Source: an uncultured Anaerolineales bacterium (GTDB lineage Bacteria; Chloroflexota; Anaerolineae; Anaerolineales; UBA11858). From it: a stretch of 64,000 nucleotides of DNA. How positions within the stretch are numbered: the stretch's first letter is position 1; each line of letters begins with the position of its first letter. The translations under genes were made by a program, and so were the position numbers. Where the stretch lies: NCBI GenBank assembly GCA_964603385.1, contig CAZRUS010000006.1:33540-97539 (forward strand), written 5' to 3'. The notes beneath the pieces were generated by a model. The model was not told the origin of the DNA and searched no databases. It saw only the letters and a program-made list of their open reading frames with translations. Shown one piece after another: positions 27,482 through 35,759 of the stretch.

Positions 27482-28840
27482 TTAAAGGGAAACACCCGCT
27501 CTTCTAAATAAATCGGTACAGGTTTCCCGGGCTCTTTTTAACAGCGCCTGTTCATCCAGAATGGTGATCTCTTTCTGCCGCATGACAATCCGACCATCGA
27601 CAATTACCGTATCAATATCCCGGGCGCTGAGATTATAAACCACTGCAGAGGCAGGACGATGGACAGGCATGGCCAGCGGGGTGTTGAGGTCAATCACAAT
27701 GCAGTCTGCTTTCTTTCCTGGCTCCAATGAACCCAGCTGATCTTCCTCCCCGAAAGCGGCAGCACCTCCCCGGCAGGCCATCCAGATCACATCTTCCGGG
27801 AGCAGCGCCATGGCATCCAGGCTGCTGACTTTGTGCAGCAGCGCGGTCGTTTTCAGCGTCTCCAGCATGTCTTGATTATTATTACTCCCCGGACCATCTG
27901 TTGCCAGAGCAATACGAATCCCTTTTTGATGCATCTCCGGGATTCTGGCCGCTCCGGAGGCCAGATACATATTACTAACCGGACAGTGGACAATAACGGC
28001 ATCGGCTCTGGCCACCTGATCAATCTCCCAGTCATCCAGCCAGACGCTGTGCACCAGCTGATAATCAGCGCCCAGCACGCCCAGGTCCAGCAGCCATTCG
28101 ATATGACGCTGCCCCCGTTCCTGGATGTTCATCTGCACTTCTTCCTGGGTTTCCGCGACGTGAATATGCGTACCGGCCCCCCACTCCTGGCTTAACCGAT
28201 GGGATGCCAGCATGGTCTCATCGGTGCATCCCCAGGGGATGAGCGGGGCAAATTCCACTTTTGTGCGTCCATTTCCATTTATCTCCCAACGCTGGTGGAG
28301 GCGGGTGGTTTCAGCCAGGATCACTTCTGCCGGTTCCATCAGACTGGGATGGTAATTTATATCCGTCCACCCCCGGGCCAGCTTGAACCGCAGGCCGGAT
28401 TCATCCGCTGCTCGGCAGATGGCATCATCGTTCGCCGGCTCCGTATGAATGTACTGGTGATCGACAACCGTGGTGGCTCCCCCCCGAATATTTTCAACCA
28501 GCCCGAGCAAACCCGACACATAAGCATCCTGTTCATTCATCACCGCGGCCAGAGGCCAGATGGCGGTCTTCAGCCAATCCAGCAGCGGTTTATCGTCCGC
28601 CAACCCCCGCAAAAAAGTCTGGAATAAGTGCGTGTGGGCATTGACCATCCCGGGCATAACGGCCATCCAGCTGGCATCAATGACGGTATCAGCCTTCTTA
28701 AGCCGGCGGGGCGGAGAGCCTTCTCCAACAGCGGTAATCCGGTTATCCTCAATAAAAACATAGCCCCGAGAAAACATTTCCTGCTGATCATTTACGGTGA
28801 TGATGGATCCATTTTCAATCAGGATGGTGCTCATATTCAT
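27482..28840 (-). CDS. COG0402 amidohydrolase (MtaD/SsnA/guanine- or pterin-deaminase-like)
   Basis: 452 aa. PGMVNAHTHLFQTFLRGLADDKPLLDWL (HxH metal site), later HVAET and HSVW, and an Asp near the C-terminus. Confidence 0.75.
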   Translation of the reverse strand: MNMSTILIENGSIITVNDQQEMFSRGYVFIEDNRITAVGEGSPPRRLKKADTVIDASWMAVMPGMVNAHTHLFQTFLRGLADDKPLLDWLKTAIWPLAAVMNEQDAYVSGLLGLVENIRGGATTVVDHQYIHTEPANDDAICRAADESGLRFKLARGWTDINYHPSLMEPAEVILAETTRLHQRWEINGNGRTKVEFAPLIPWGCTDETMLASHRLSQEWGAGTHIHVAETQEEVQMNIQERGQRHIEWLLDLGVLGADYQLVHSVWLDDWEIDQVARADAVIVHCPVSNMYLASGAARIPEMHQKGIRIALATDGPGSNNNQDMLETLKTTALLHKVSSLDAMALLPEDVIWMACRGGAAAFGEEDQLGSLEPGKKADCIVIDLNTPLAMPVHRPASAVVYNLSARDIDTVIVDGRIVMRQKEITILDEQALLKRARETCTDLFRRAGVSL

Positions 28841-30621
28841 CCACCTTTCTGTCCGTTAGATTCTGGAATCACTGCTATCCGGCCGTCTCGGCGGACCCCG
28901 CTATTCCTGCTGATCCCTCCCTGGTCCTTGATATAAGCGGTAATTTCCTGCCGGAGGATAATCCCGGTGTCGATAAAGGGAAGATCAGTCAGCCGAAAGA
29001 GAGCAAACGGCTGCTTTTTCTCCCAATGGAGGGCTAATTCCCTGGTAAAGCTGCTCGCTGCAGCAAGAAAAGTTTTTTCTTTCAGGTTGTCCAGAGGGAT
29101 TTTCCACCAGGTGGCGCTGAGCAGCTGAATTTGCTCCCGGGTTCTGGCCAGCTGGATCTGGTAGCGGATCTGATGGCTGAAGTGCAGAAACCCCCTATCC
29201 ACAGCCTCATCGCCGGGCAAACGAATTCGGCGGGCATTATCCAGCAGCAGGTCCAGCAGCTGCTTTCCGGTCAACTCATAAAGGAACAGGGTATCCGGAA
29301 AAGGCATAGCGGAAAAGAAATCCCCGTAGGTGAGGTGCTGCTTTTCAGGAAGGCCGCATTGAAGGATGGAAGCATCCAGCATGACCACATCAGCATGATA
29401 ACCATGCTGCTGCAAACGCTGGTCAATCAGGTCACAGAAATAATTAATCAGGGGAACCTCGCCAGAGGCGAATTGGTCACAGACAGCTTCCGAACTGAGA
29501 TCCAGAGATTGTTCCAGCTCGCCCAGGATTTCACTCTTTATCTTCGCAGACCAGTCCAACAGTGGTTCAACAAACGTTTGGTGAAATGAGGGATTACAGG
29601 GCAGCTCAGCAACCGGGATTAACCGCGCATGTTTGACTGCAGAGCTTCCTTCCTGGATCAACATTTCCACTTTTCCCAGGTATCTTCCCTGCTGTCCAGC
29701 CTGAACGATAGGAATGCCGTTAATGACATTCTTCTGTTCGATGTCCTTCCGATTCAACGATGTGTGAGTATGTCCGCCGATAATCAAATCGACACTGCCG
29801 GGGGGAAGGGCTTCTGCCAGCTGAACATCCCCGGCTTCTGCCATGGGGACACTTGAACTGTGCAAACAGTACCCCAGATGACTGAGGATGATCAGCAGAT
29901 CACAGTGTGGACGCAGCAGAGATATTAAATTCCGGGCAACCGGAATCGGGTCCGTAATCACCCCTGTCTGGGGATCCAGGCGGGTTTCAGCCTGGGTGAC
30001 CAATCCAAACAACCCTATGCGGAGCCCGTTTCGGATCAATACAGCGCCGGGAACAATCCCCAGTGATTGGTCAGCTTTCCAGCGGATGTTGGCTGTCAGC
30101 ACCGGAAAGCGGGCCGATTCCTGAATGGCATCCACCAGATGTCGCAGTCCGTGATCCAGATCATGATTTCCCAAACAGGCGGCATCAAGTCCAATTTCCG
30201 AGAACAACTGATAACAAGGATGGGAAGAAAAACCATCCTCGGCGAAGAAAACCAGATCATCAAAAATCGAACCCCCGCTGTCATCGCCACAGCTCAATGC
30301 CAGCACAGCCCGGGAAGGGTCCTCCCGGCACCGCTGGCGAGCCCGAGAAATGGTTTCCGAAAACCGGGATACAACCGATACCTCCCCCTGTGGGGTATAG
30401 TGAACTAAATGACCATGAAGATCATTGAAATGATAGATATCGAGCTGAAATGAACCTTTGATCCGCTGATCCTCCGGCGGATACCCAGCTTGAGGATCAA
30501 TCAGCATGGTTTCTACCTCACCCGCGCTGGCATCCCCCTGCAGGAGAAATAAGTCCCGCTGACCAGAGGATGCTTCCGCCCGCACTAAACGGAGAAATCG
30601 GGAAGATGGTCCGAATTTCAT
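28837..30621 (-). CDS. bifunctional metallophosphoesterase/5'-nucleotidase-like protein, no signal peptide
   Basis: DIYHFNDLHGHL, GDDSGGS and GNHDLDHG calcineurin-like motifs plus a C-terminal 5'-NT-like domain. ATGA overlap with the downstream gene, and its ATG shares 1 nt with the upstream permease stop codon. Confidence 0.7.
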   Translation of the reverse strand: MKFGPSSRFLRLVRAEASSGQRDLFLLQGDASAGEVETMLIDPQAGYPPEDQRIKGSFQLDIYHFNDLHGHLVHYTPQGEVSVVSRFSETISRARQRCREDPSRAVLALSCGDDSGGSIFDDLVFFAEDGFSSHPCYQLFSEIGLDAACLGNHDLDHGLRHLVDAIQESARFPVLTANIRWKADQSLGIVPGAVLIRNGLRIGLFGLVTQAETRLDPQTGVITDPIPVARNLISLLRPHCDLLIILSHLGYCLHSSSVPMAEAGDVQLAEALPPGSVDLIIGGHTHTSLNRKDIEQKNVINGIPIVQAGQQGRYLGKVEMLIQEGSSAVKHARLIPVAELPCNPSFHQTFVEPLLDWSAKIKSEILGELEQSLDLSSEAVCDQFASGEVPLINYFCDLIDQRLQQHGYHADVVMLDASILQCGLPEKQHLTYGDFFSAMPFPDTLFLYELTGKQLLDLLLDNARRIRLPGDEAVDRGFLHFSHQIRYQIQLARTREQIQLLSATWWKIPLDNLKEKTFLAAASSFTRELALHWEKKQPFALFRLTDLPFIDTGIILRQEITAYIKDQGGISRNSGVRRDGRIAVIPESNGQKGG

Positions 30622-31559
30622 TATCCCTTCACCGCGCCTTCCACCATGGCCTTGAAAAACGTCCGGCGGGTGAATAAGAATACAATTACCATCGGAGCCG
30701 CGATGATAATGCAGGCCGCTGCCAGCACCTGCAGATTGATAATATTTTGACTCAAGAAATCATATAACCCGAACAGCGCCGGTTTGAATTGGTTTTCCGG
30801 AACGAGCAGGAAGGCAACGATAAATTCATTCCAGACCCCTACGAAGGTGAGCAGGAAAATGGAAACGATCCCGGGGATAGCCAGGGGGATGGTAACTCGA
30901 AACAGCGCCCCTATCTCGGTGGCGCCTTCGATTAATGCTGATTCCTCCAATTCTCGAGGGATAGAATCAAAGAACCCTTTCATAATCCAGACGCTGATGG
31001 GCAGAAAGAATCCCACATAGATGAAGATCAAATACAGCCGTTCATCAAAGAACAGAAAGTTTTTCCTGAGATTAATCCCCATCTGATAAATGGCCAGCAG
31101 ATTGGTCAGGATCGGCACCCCAGTGATGGCATAGATAGCGATCAGCAGCGAATTCGATCCAGGAAACTGAAAGCGAGAAAAGGCATAGCCAGAAAGGCTG
31201 GCCAGCAGGCTGACCAGCAGGGACGTCCCGGTGGCATACAGGATCGTGTTGGGCAGATAGATCCGGAGCATATTCCCCAATAATCGGAACCCCAGCAGGG
31301 CATCCTCCGATACCTCAAATCCCAAGACCCGCTGGTACCCTTCGGTGGCCCAGCGACAGGCGGTGATATCAAAGGCACTGTTGGGCGTATCACAGGGGAA
31401 GAAAGTCGGCGGCTTACGAATGACATCAGCCTGTTCTTTAAAAGAGATCAGAATGGTGGTGGCGATGGGGATCATCGAGATAAACACGATCAGCAGCAGC
31501 ACAAAATTAATAATCCAGAAAGTCATCGCCCGGGAGGACCAGTTGAATTTCTTAAGCAT
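30621..31559 (-). CDS. CUT1-type ABC sugar permease (MalG-like)
   Basis: 312 aa, 6 TM helices, EAA loop ESALIEGATEIGALFRVTIP. Confidence 0.85.
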   Translation of the reverse strand: MLKKFNWSSRAMTFWIINFVLLLIVFISMIPIATTILISFKEQADVIRKPPTFFPCDTPNSAFDITACRWATEGYQRVLGFEVSEDALLGFRLLGNMLRIYLPNTILYATGTSLLVSLLASLSGYAFSRFQFPGSNSLLIAIYAITGVPILTNLLAIYQMGINLRKNFLFFDERLYLIFIYVGFFLPISVWIMKGFFDSIPRELEESALIEGATEIGALFRVTIPLAIPGIVSIFLLTFVGVWNEFIVAFLLVPENQFKPALFGLYDFLSQNIINLQVLAAACIIIAAPMVIVFLFTRRTFFKAMVEGAVKG

Positions 31560-31560
31560 G

Positions 31561-32505
31561 TTAGATGCTCCTCTCAGTGACCCTGGTTACCCGCAGGACA
31601 CCAAAAATTAATAACCAGTTGACAAACGCGATCAGGATAGCCAGGGCAGCTGCCTGCCCAAAGTCCAATCTCGCCCATCCCAGCGTGTAGAGCAGGTAGC
31701 TTAATACATAGGTGGTCGTGCCCGGTCCTCCCCCGGTAAGGCTGAACACCATCCCTACCCCATTCATTCCTCCCAGCATGAGATTGAAAAGAGCCACGAC
31801 CATTGCCGGCAAAATTAACGGCACTGTGATGTAGCGGTGCAGCTGGAGGCCGCTGGCGCCGTCAATTCGGGCGCTTTCCACCACCTCTTTAGGAATTGTT
31901 TGCAGGGCAGCCAGAATGAGTAATGTCACAAAAGGCAGGGCCCGCCAGCAGGAGGCCAAAATCAAATAAATCATCGCCGGTGAGGGGGGAAAGGGGAATT
32001 TGCCAAACCACGGTTTCGGTCGAATTGCAGTCAGGACCGAAAGACCGTCCGGGGGAAAGAGGTCAGGATTGCCGAGAATCCCATTCAGCAGTCCGTATTC
32101 CGGCACAACCAGCAGACGGAATACCAGTCCGGCAATAATATCAGCAATAATCCAGGGGATGAACAGCAGCGTGATGTACACACCGGAAAGCACCCCGGCT
32201 TCCTTCAACAGCATCGCGATTAAGAAACCCAGGGAAAGGGTGATCCCGGTATACCCCACCAGGAAAATAACCGTATGTCCAATGCTTTCGGTAAATAACC
32301 CTTTATTGACCAGCAGCCGGAAGTTGTTCGTCCCCACATAGGACCAGCCTTCGGGGACCCGTTCATGAAAGCTCAGCCATCCAGTGTAGACAGCAGGGTA
32401 AAACTGTACAATCAGCAGAACAATGATGGTGGGAAGGATCAACCAGAAAGGGAGTGATTTGCGAAAAAACCGCTGAACAGATTCAGAACGGGTTGAAGCA
32501 GTCAT
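31561..32505 (-). CDS. CUT1-type ABC sugar permease (MalF-like)
   Basis: 314 aa, EAA loop ESARIDGASGLQLHRYITVP. Confidence 0.85.
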   Translation of the reverse strand: MTASTRSESVQRFFRKSLPFWLILPTIIVLLIVQFYPAVYTGWLSFHERVPEGWSYVGTNNFRLLVNKGLFTESIGHTVIFLVGYTGITLSLGFLIAMLLKEAGVLSGVYITLLFIPWIIADIIAGLVFRLLVVPEYGLLNGILGNPDLFPPDGLSVLTAIRPKPWFGKFPFPPSPAMIYLILASCWRALPFVTLLILAALQTIPKEVVESARIDGASGLQLHRYITVPLILPAMVVALFNLMLGGMNGVGMVFSLTGGGPGTTTYVLSYLLYTLGWARLDFGQAAALAILIAFVNWLLIFGVLRVTRVTERSI

Positions 32506-32590
32506 AGGATACCCTTATGTAGATAGTCTGGTGCGAACAAACCAGGAACCGAAGAAAACAATAATTCCACTCACAGCGCGGGGCATCGAT

Positions 32591-32630
32591 CCTGCGGGGT
32601 GACAGGTCACCAGCACTGCCACCCCGCAGG
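32591..32630 (-). other. intercistronic stem-loop between the SBP and permease genes
   Basis: 11-bp stem cctgcggggtg (32591-32601) / caccccgcagg (32620-32630) with an inner gtgac..gtcac pairing. No U-tract follows on the minus strand, so it is more likely an mRNA-stabilising or attenuating element than a full terminator. Confidence 0.5.
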
Positions 32631-32667
32631 GAGCTCAAGAAAATCTCAGCAGATCTTCCAAGCTGTT

Positions 32668-34176
32668 TTATTCATTGGCTGCATTGTATTCTTCTTCTGC
32701 AGCGGTGAATACTTCTGCGATATCCGCAGTGGGATCTTCCTTGACCACTTTGTAAATTGCATTCATGATCAACTCTTTGGCCTCACCGCGGCGTTCCAGC
32801 GAACCGTACCAGGGGGTGCAAACGCTGTTTTCCATCGCCTTGGCTGCTTCCTGATAGAAAGCGGTATCAAATTCCGGCGCATCAAAGATCGCCGTATTGG
32901 CCGGTGTCCCAGCACCCGGACCCAATACAAACTGCACATTGCGCTCCGGTTCCATCAGCCAGTTAATGAAATCATAAGCAGCTTCTACATTCTGGGCGCC
33001 GACCGGAATGGCCAGTCCCTGAATGTCCGTTCCACAGCCCGGGGTCATCCCTTCGGGGGCAAACATCTCAGAGAGGACCACATCCCCGGCTTCAATGGCA
33101 TCCAGCATATCCTCTGCACTGGCCTTGTCGTACTCGGTGCCGTCAGGGGCAGTCAGCGGGTTGATGTAGCGGTAGCCAAACAACCCAGTGGGGATGGAAG
33201 CAGCAGAGGCATCCTTGAAGGAATCTTCCTCAATGAAGCCGCCAGCAAAAACGGTCTCGGGGTTGTATCCCATCTGTACCGTTTCGCGCAGGAACTCAAC
33301 TGCAGCGATGGTCTCTGGAGAATTCAGGTAGAGATTGCCTTCGCCGTCATCGTAGGTGCCGCCAAAGGAATCAATCAGCGACCAGATCATCCGGGTGGAT
33401 CCATCGCCACCAAAGTCGGTGGACCCAAAGTAGGTCCAGGCATAGATGCCTTCCGCCTTGAGCCGCTCCGCTTCCTCCATGAACTCCTCAGGGGTGTCCG
33501 GATAGCCATCGGGATAGTGGGCCGCCCAGACATACACCAGGTGGGGGCGAACAGCAAAGGGGATGCAGAACAGCTGCCCATCATCAGAGGTGCAGGTCGC
33601 CATGGCACCTTTGTCCATGTCATCATACCAATCCTGCTGCTGGGCCCATTCACTGAGATCCTGTACAGCACCCTTGCGGATTACCAGGTTGAGCTCCGAG
33701 CTGCCCATCTCAATGATGTCAGGAACGGTGTTGCCGGCAATCACCGCAGCCACCAGCTCCTGGTACATGGTGTCAAAGGCCTTGGGCCGGTTGACCCAAT
33801 TCCACTTGCCTTCAAAGTCCTCATTAAACATGGGCATGGTGTTGCGAAGGTATTCATTGCCGACGCGCTCATCACTGGCCGGATCCTCATTGGTCTCATC
33901 ATACTGGAACCAGGTCAGGAAAGTCTCCTCGGCATCCCCAGCCTCTTCGGCAGCAGCCTGAGCTTCTTCCAGAGCGGCCTGGGCAGCCTCAAGCTCCGCC
34001 TGGGCGGCTTCCAGCTCTTCTTCACTGACTGCTCCCTCTGCCATTGATTCGGCTTCCGCCAGGGCGGCTTCCAGTTCAGCTATCTGAGCAGCTTGATCCT
34101 GGCCGCAGCCGGTCAGGGCCACTGCCATCAGGGCAATGACCAGTATTGCAAGCACTGCTTTAATCTTGGTATTCAT
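32668..34176 (-). CDS. ABC extracellular solute-binding lipoprotein (family 1, sugar-type) with long Ala/Glu-rich linker
   Basis: Lipobox LTGC, about 60 aa of low-complexity AEAQ-rich sequence, then a MalE-like SBP fold. AAGGAGTG RBS. Confidence 0.8.
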   Translation of the reverse strand: MNTKIKAVLAILVIALMAVALTGCGQDQAAQIAELEAALAEAESMAEGAVSEEELEAAQAELEAAQAALEEAQAAAEEAGDAEETFLTWFQYDETNEDPASDERVGNEYLRNTMPMFNEDFEGKWNWVNRPKAFDTMYQELVAAVIAGNTVPDIIEMGSSELNLVIRKGAVQDLSEWAQQQDWYDDMDKGAMATCTSDDGQLFCIPFAVRPHLVYVWAAHYPDGYPDTPEEFMEEAERLKAEGIYAWTYFGSTDFGGDGSTRMIWSLIDSFGGTYDDGEGNLYLNSPETIAAVEFLRETVQMGYNPETVFAGGFIEEDSFKDASAASIPTGLFGYRYINPLTAPDGTEYDKASAEDMLDAIEAGDVVLSEMFAPEGMTPGCGTDIQGLAIPVGAQNVEAAYDFINWLMEPERNVQFVLGPGAGTPANTAIFDAPEFDTAFYQEAAKAMENSVCTPWYGSLERRGEAKELIMNAIYKVVKEDPTADIAEVFTAAEEEYNAANE

Positions 34177-34545
34177 ACATTCACTCCTTAGGATTTGTTG
34201 ACAATAGGGATCTTATCCGGATAGGGGACTGATCTCGATTTTCACCTCCTTACCAAGAGTACCTGCTGACTGTAACGAGGAATCAATGGATACAAGGATA
34301 AGCCATTCAGCAGATGTTACCCGGCGAAAGCCGCTCGCTGTCTGAGCAGCACAGGAAAGAATTCCCTGATTCCATTTCTGACAATCTATGACCTCCAGGC
34401 ATCTCCTCATCATCCCCTGAGAACTGCGAACGAGGTCTTTCCACATGGTGGATTATGAGCTCCCGTTGGATCGTTAGAAAAGATCGAAGAATTGGCTTGG
34501 CTCTGCTGGATGCGGCAAAGAAAGGCACAACCAATCACCATTTGT

Positions 34546-34574
34546 AGAGTACAATAATATCAATACTGTGTCAA
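34546..34574 (-). promoter_or_regulatory. sigma70-type promoter for the ABC-transporter operon
   Basis: Minus strand reads TTGACA (34574-34569), 17-nt spacer, TACTCT (34551-34546). This implies a 5' leader of about 360 nt before the SBP ATG at 34176. Confidence 0.45.
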
Positions 34575-34575
34575 G

Positions 34576-34591
34576 TGTGACTTATCTCACA
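34576..34591. promoter_or_regulatory. CRP/FNR-family-type palindromic operator TGTGA-N6-TCACA
   Basis: Sequence aagTGTGActtatcTCACAttc, with both consensus CRP half-sites perfect. Sits between the divergent promoters. It is the only such site I found in the window. Confidence 0.5.
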
Positions 34592-34613
34592 TTCTTTTTG
34601 TTTATTTATACTT

Positions 34614-34619
34614 TACAAT
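34614..34619 (+). promoter_or_regulatory. candidate -10 box (TACAAT) for the URO-D-like/GH38 operon
   Basis: TACAAT with a poor -35 (ATTCTT, 17-nt spacer). The CRP-like site centre lies about 42 bp upstream of the predicted TSS, a class II-like geometry. Confidence 0.35.
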
Positions 34620-34620
34620 A

Positions 34621-34685
34621 TTAACAAAAGTGGGGGTTTTTTGCAAAAATACACCCCATATCGTTTTTCCTGACTTAACAAAAGT
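34621..34685 (+). repeat. two copies of 11-nt direct repeat TTAACAAAAGT, 54 bp apart
   Basis: Exact copies at 34621-34631 and 34675-34685 in the predicted 5' UTR of the plus-strand operon. Candidate repressor operators. Confidence 0.4.
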
Positions 34686-34707
34686 TGGACATTAAAGAGG
34701 ACATGAT

Positions 34708-35754
34708 ATGTACAGAGGGAGCTCCATCCCGAATCGGAAAATCAAAGCGGATTTTGACCAGCTTCTTGCTGTTCTTGCCAATCAGGTCCCGGACCGTCCA
34801 GTCCTGTTCGAATTTTTCCTCAATGAACGCCTCTATGACCGGCTGGCGCCGGATTCCCCAGCGCAGGAAGACGCTCACCTTGGAGAAGAGCTTCAGATGA
34901 TGCTGGCTTTCCACCGAGCGGGGTATGACTATCACAATCTGAAAATCCCGGGATTTGATTTTCCCTGCGGACGGGATACCTCAACGCAAACCGTGGATCT
35001 CAACGAAGGGGGCTTGATCACCGACTGGCCGTCTTTTGAAAACTATCCCTGGCCCAATCCTGAAAGCGCTTCTTACCAGATCCTCGATCAGCTGGCAGAT
35101 CTGCTGCCGGATGGGATGAAATTAATCATTTACGGCCCTTGCGGCGTGCTGGAAAATACCATCTCAATTATCGGTTTTGAAACGCTGTGTTTCATGGAAG
35201 TGGAGCAGCCGGATTTATTGGCCGCGGTGTTTAATCAGGTGGGGTCCAGACTGCTCCGTTATTACGAGCTTGCCTGCCAGCACCCTGCTGTGGGGGCCTG
35301 CATAGACAATGACGATTGGGGATTCAACACCCAGACACTGCTCTCCCCCGCACAGATGCGCCGGAACATCTTCCCCTGGCATAAAAAGATCATCCAAACT
35401 GTGCACCGGACCGGCAAACCGGTCATCCTGCACTCCTGCGGGTATTTTGAGGGCATCCTGGACGACCTGGACCGGCTGGAGATTGACGCCCGGCATTCTT
35501 ACGAGGACAACATCCTGCCCGTGGAGCAGGCCTACCGCCGCTACCATGACCGCTTTGCGGTGCTGGGCGGGATTGATGTCGATTTTCTCTGCCGATCCAG
35601 CCCCGAAGCTGTCTACCAGCGGGCCAGCGGGCTGCTCGATCTCACTGCAGAACAGGGCGGGTACGCGCTGGGCAGCGGCAATTCGATCCCTGACTATGTT
35701 CCCGACGAAAATTATTTCGCTATGATCCGAGCCGCTCATGAGCGCTGGAACTGA
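34708..35754 (+). CDS. uroporphyrinogen decarboxylase (URO-D)-fold protein, MtaA/CmuA-like paralog 1
   Basis: 348 aa. N-terminal QVPDRPVLFEF (the DRxP motif of the URO-D/MtaA family), core ILHSCG, and AGAGGA RBS 6 nt upstream. Confidence 0.65.
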   Translation: MYRGSSIPNRKIKADFDQLLAVLANQVPDRPVLFEFFLNERLYDRLAPDSPAQEDAHLGEELQMMLAFHRAGYDYHNLKIPGFDFPCGRDTSTQTVDLNEGGLITDWPSFENYPWPNPESASYQILDQLADLLPDGMKLIIYGPCGVLENTISIIGFETLCFMEVEQPDLLAAVFNQVGSRLLRYYELACQHPAVGACIDNDDWGFNTQTLLSPAQMRRNIFPWHKKIIQTVHRTGKPVILHSCGYFEGILDDLDRLEIDARHSYEDNILPVEQAYRRYHDRFAVLGGIDVDFLCRSSPEAVYQRASGLLDLTAEQGGYALGSGNSIPDYVPDENYFAMIRAAHERWN

Positions 35755-35759
35755 TAAAC

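Noticed and set aside
32599-34047. 482-aa plus-strand ORF antisense to the SBP gene, and similar long antisense ORFs at 3639-4712, 43758-44915, 45039-45935, 46787-48145 and 56226-57230.
   Set aside because: These have Gly/Arg/His/Pro-rich low-complexity translations with no recognisable motifs. Each lies exactly opposite a gene with strong family signatures. They are typical shadow ORFs of GC-rich DNA.
34213-34534. 77-aa and 75-aa minus-strand ORFs inside the long leader of the SBP gene.
   Set aside because: They have no RBS, odd composition and mutually overlapping frames. They are more likely untranslated 5' leader. The leader length itself depends on an unverified promoter call.
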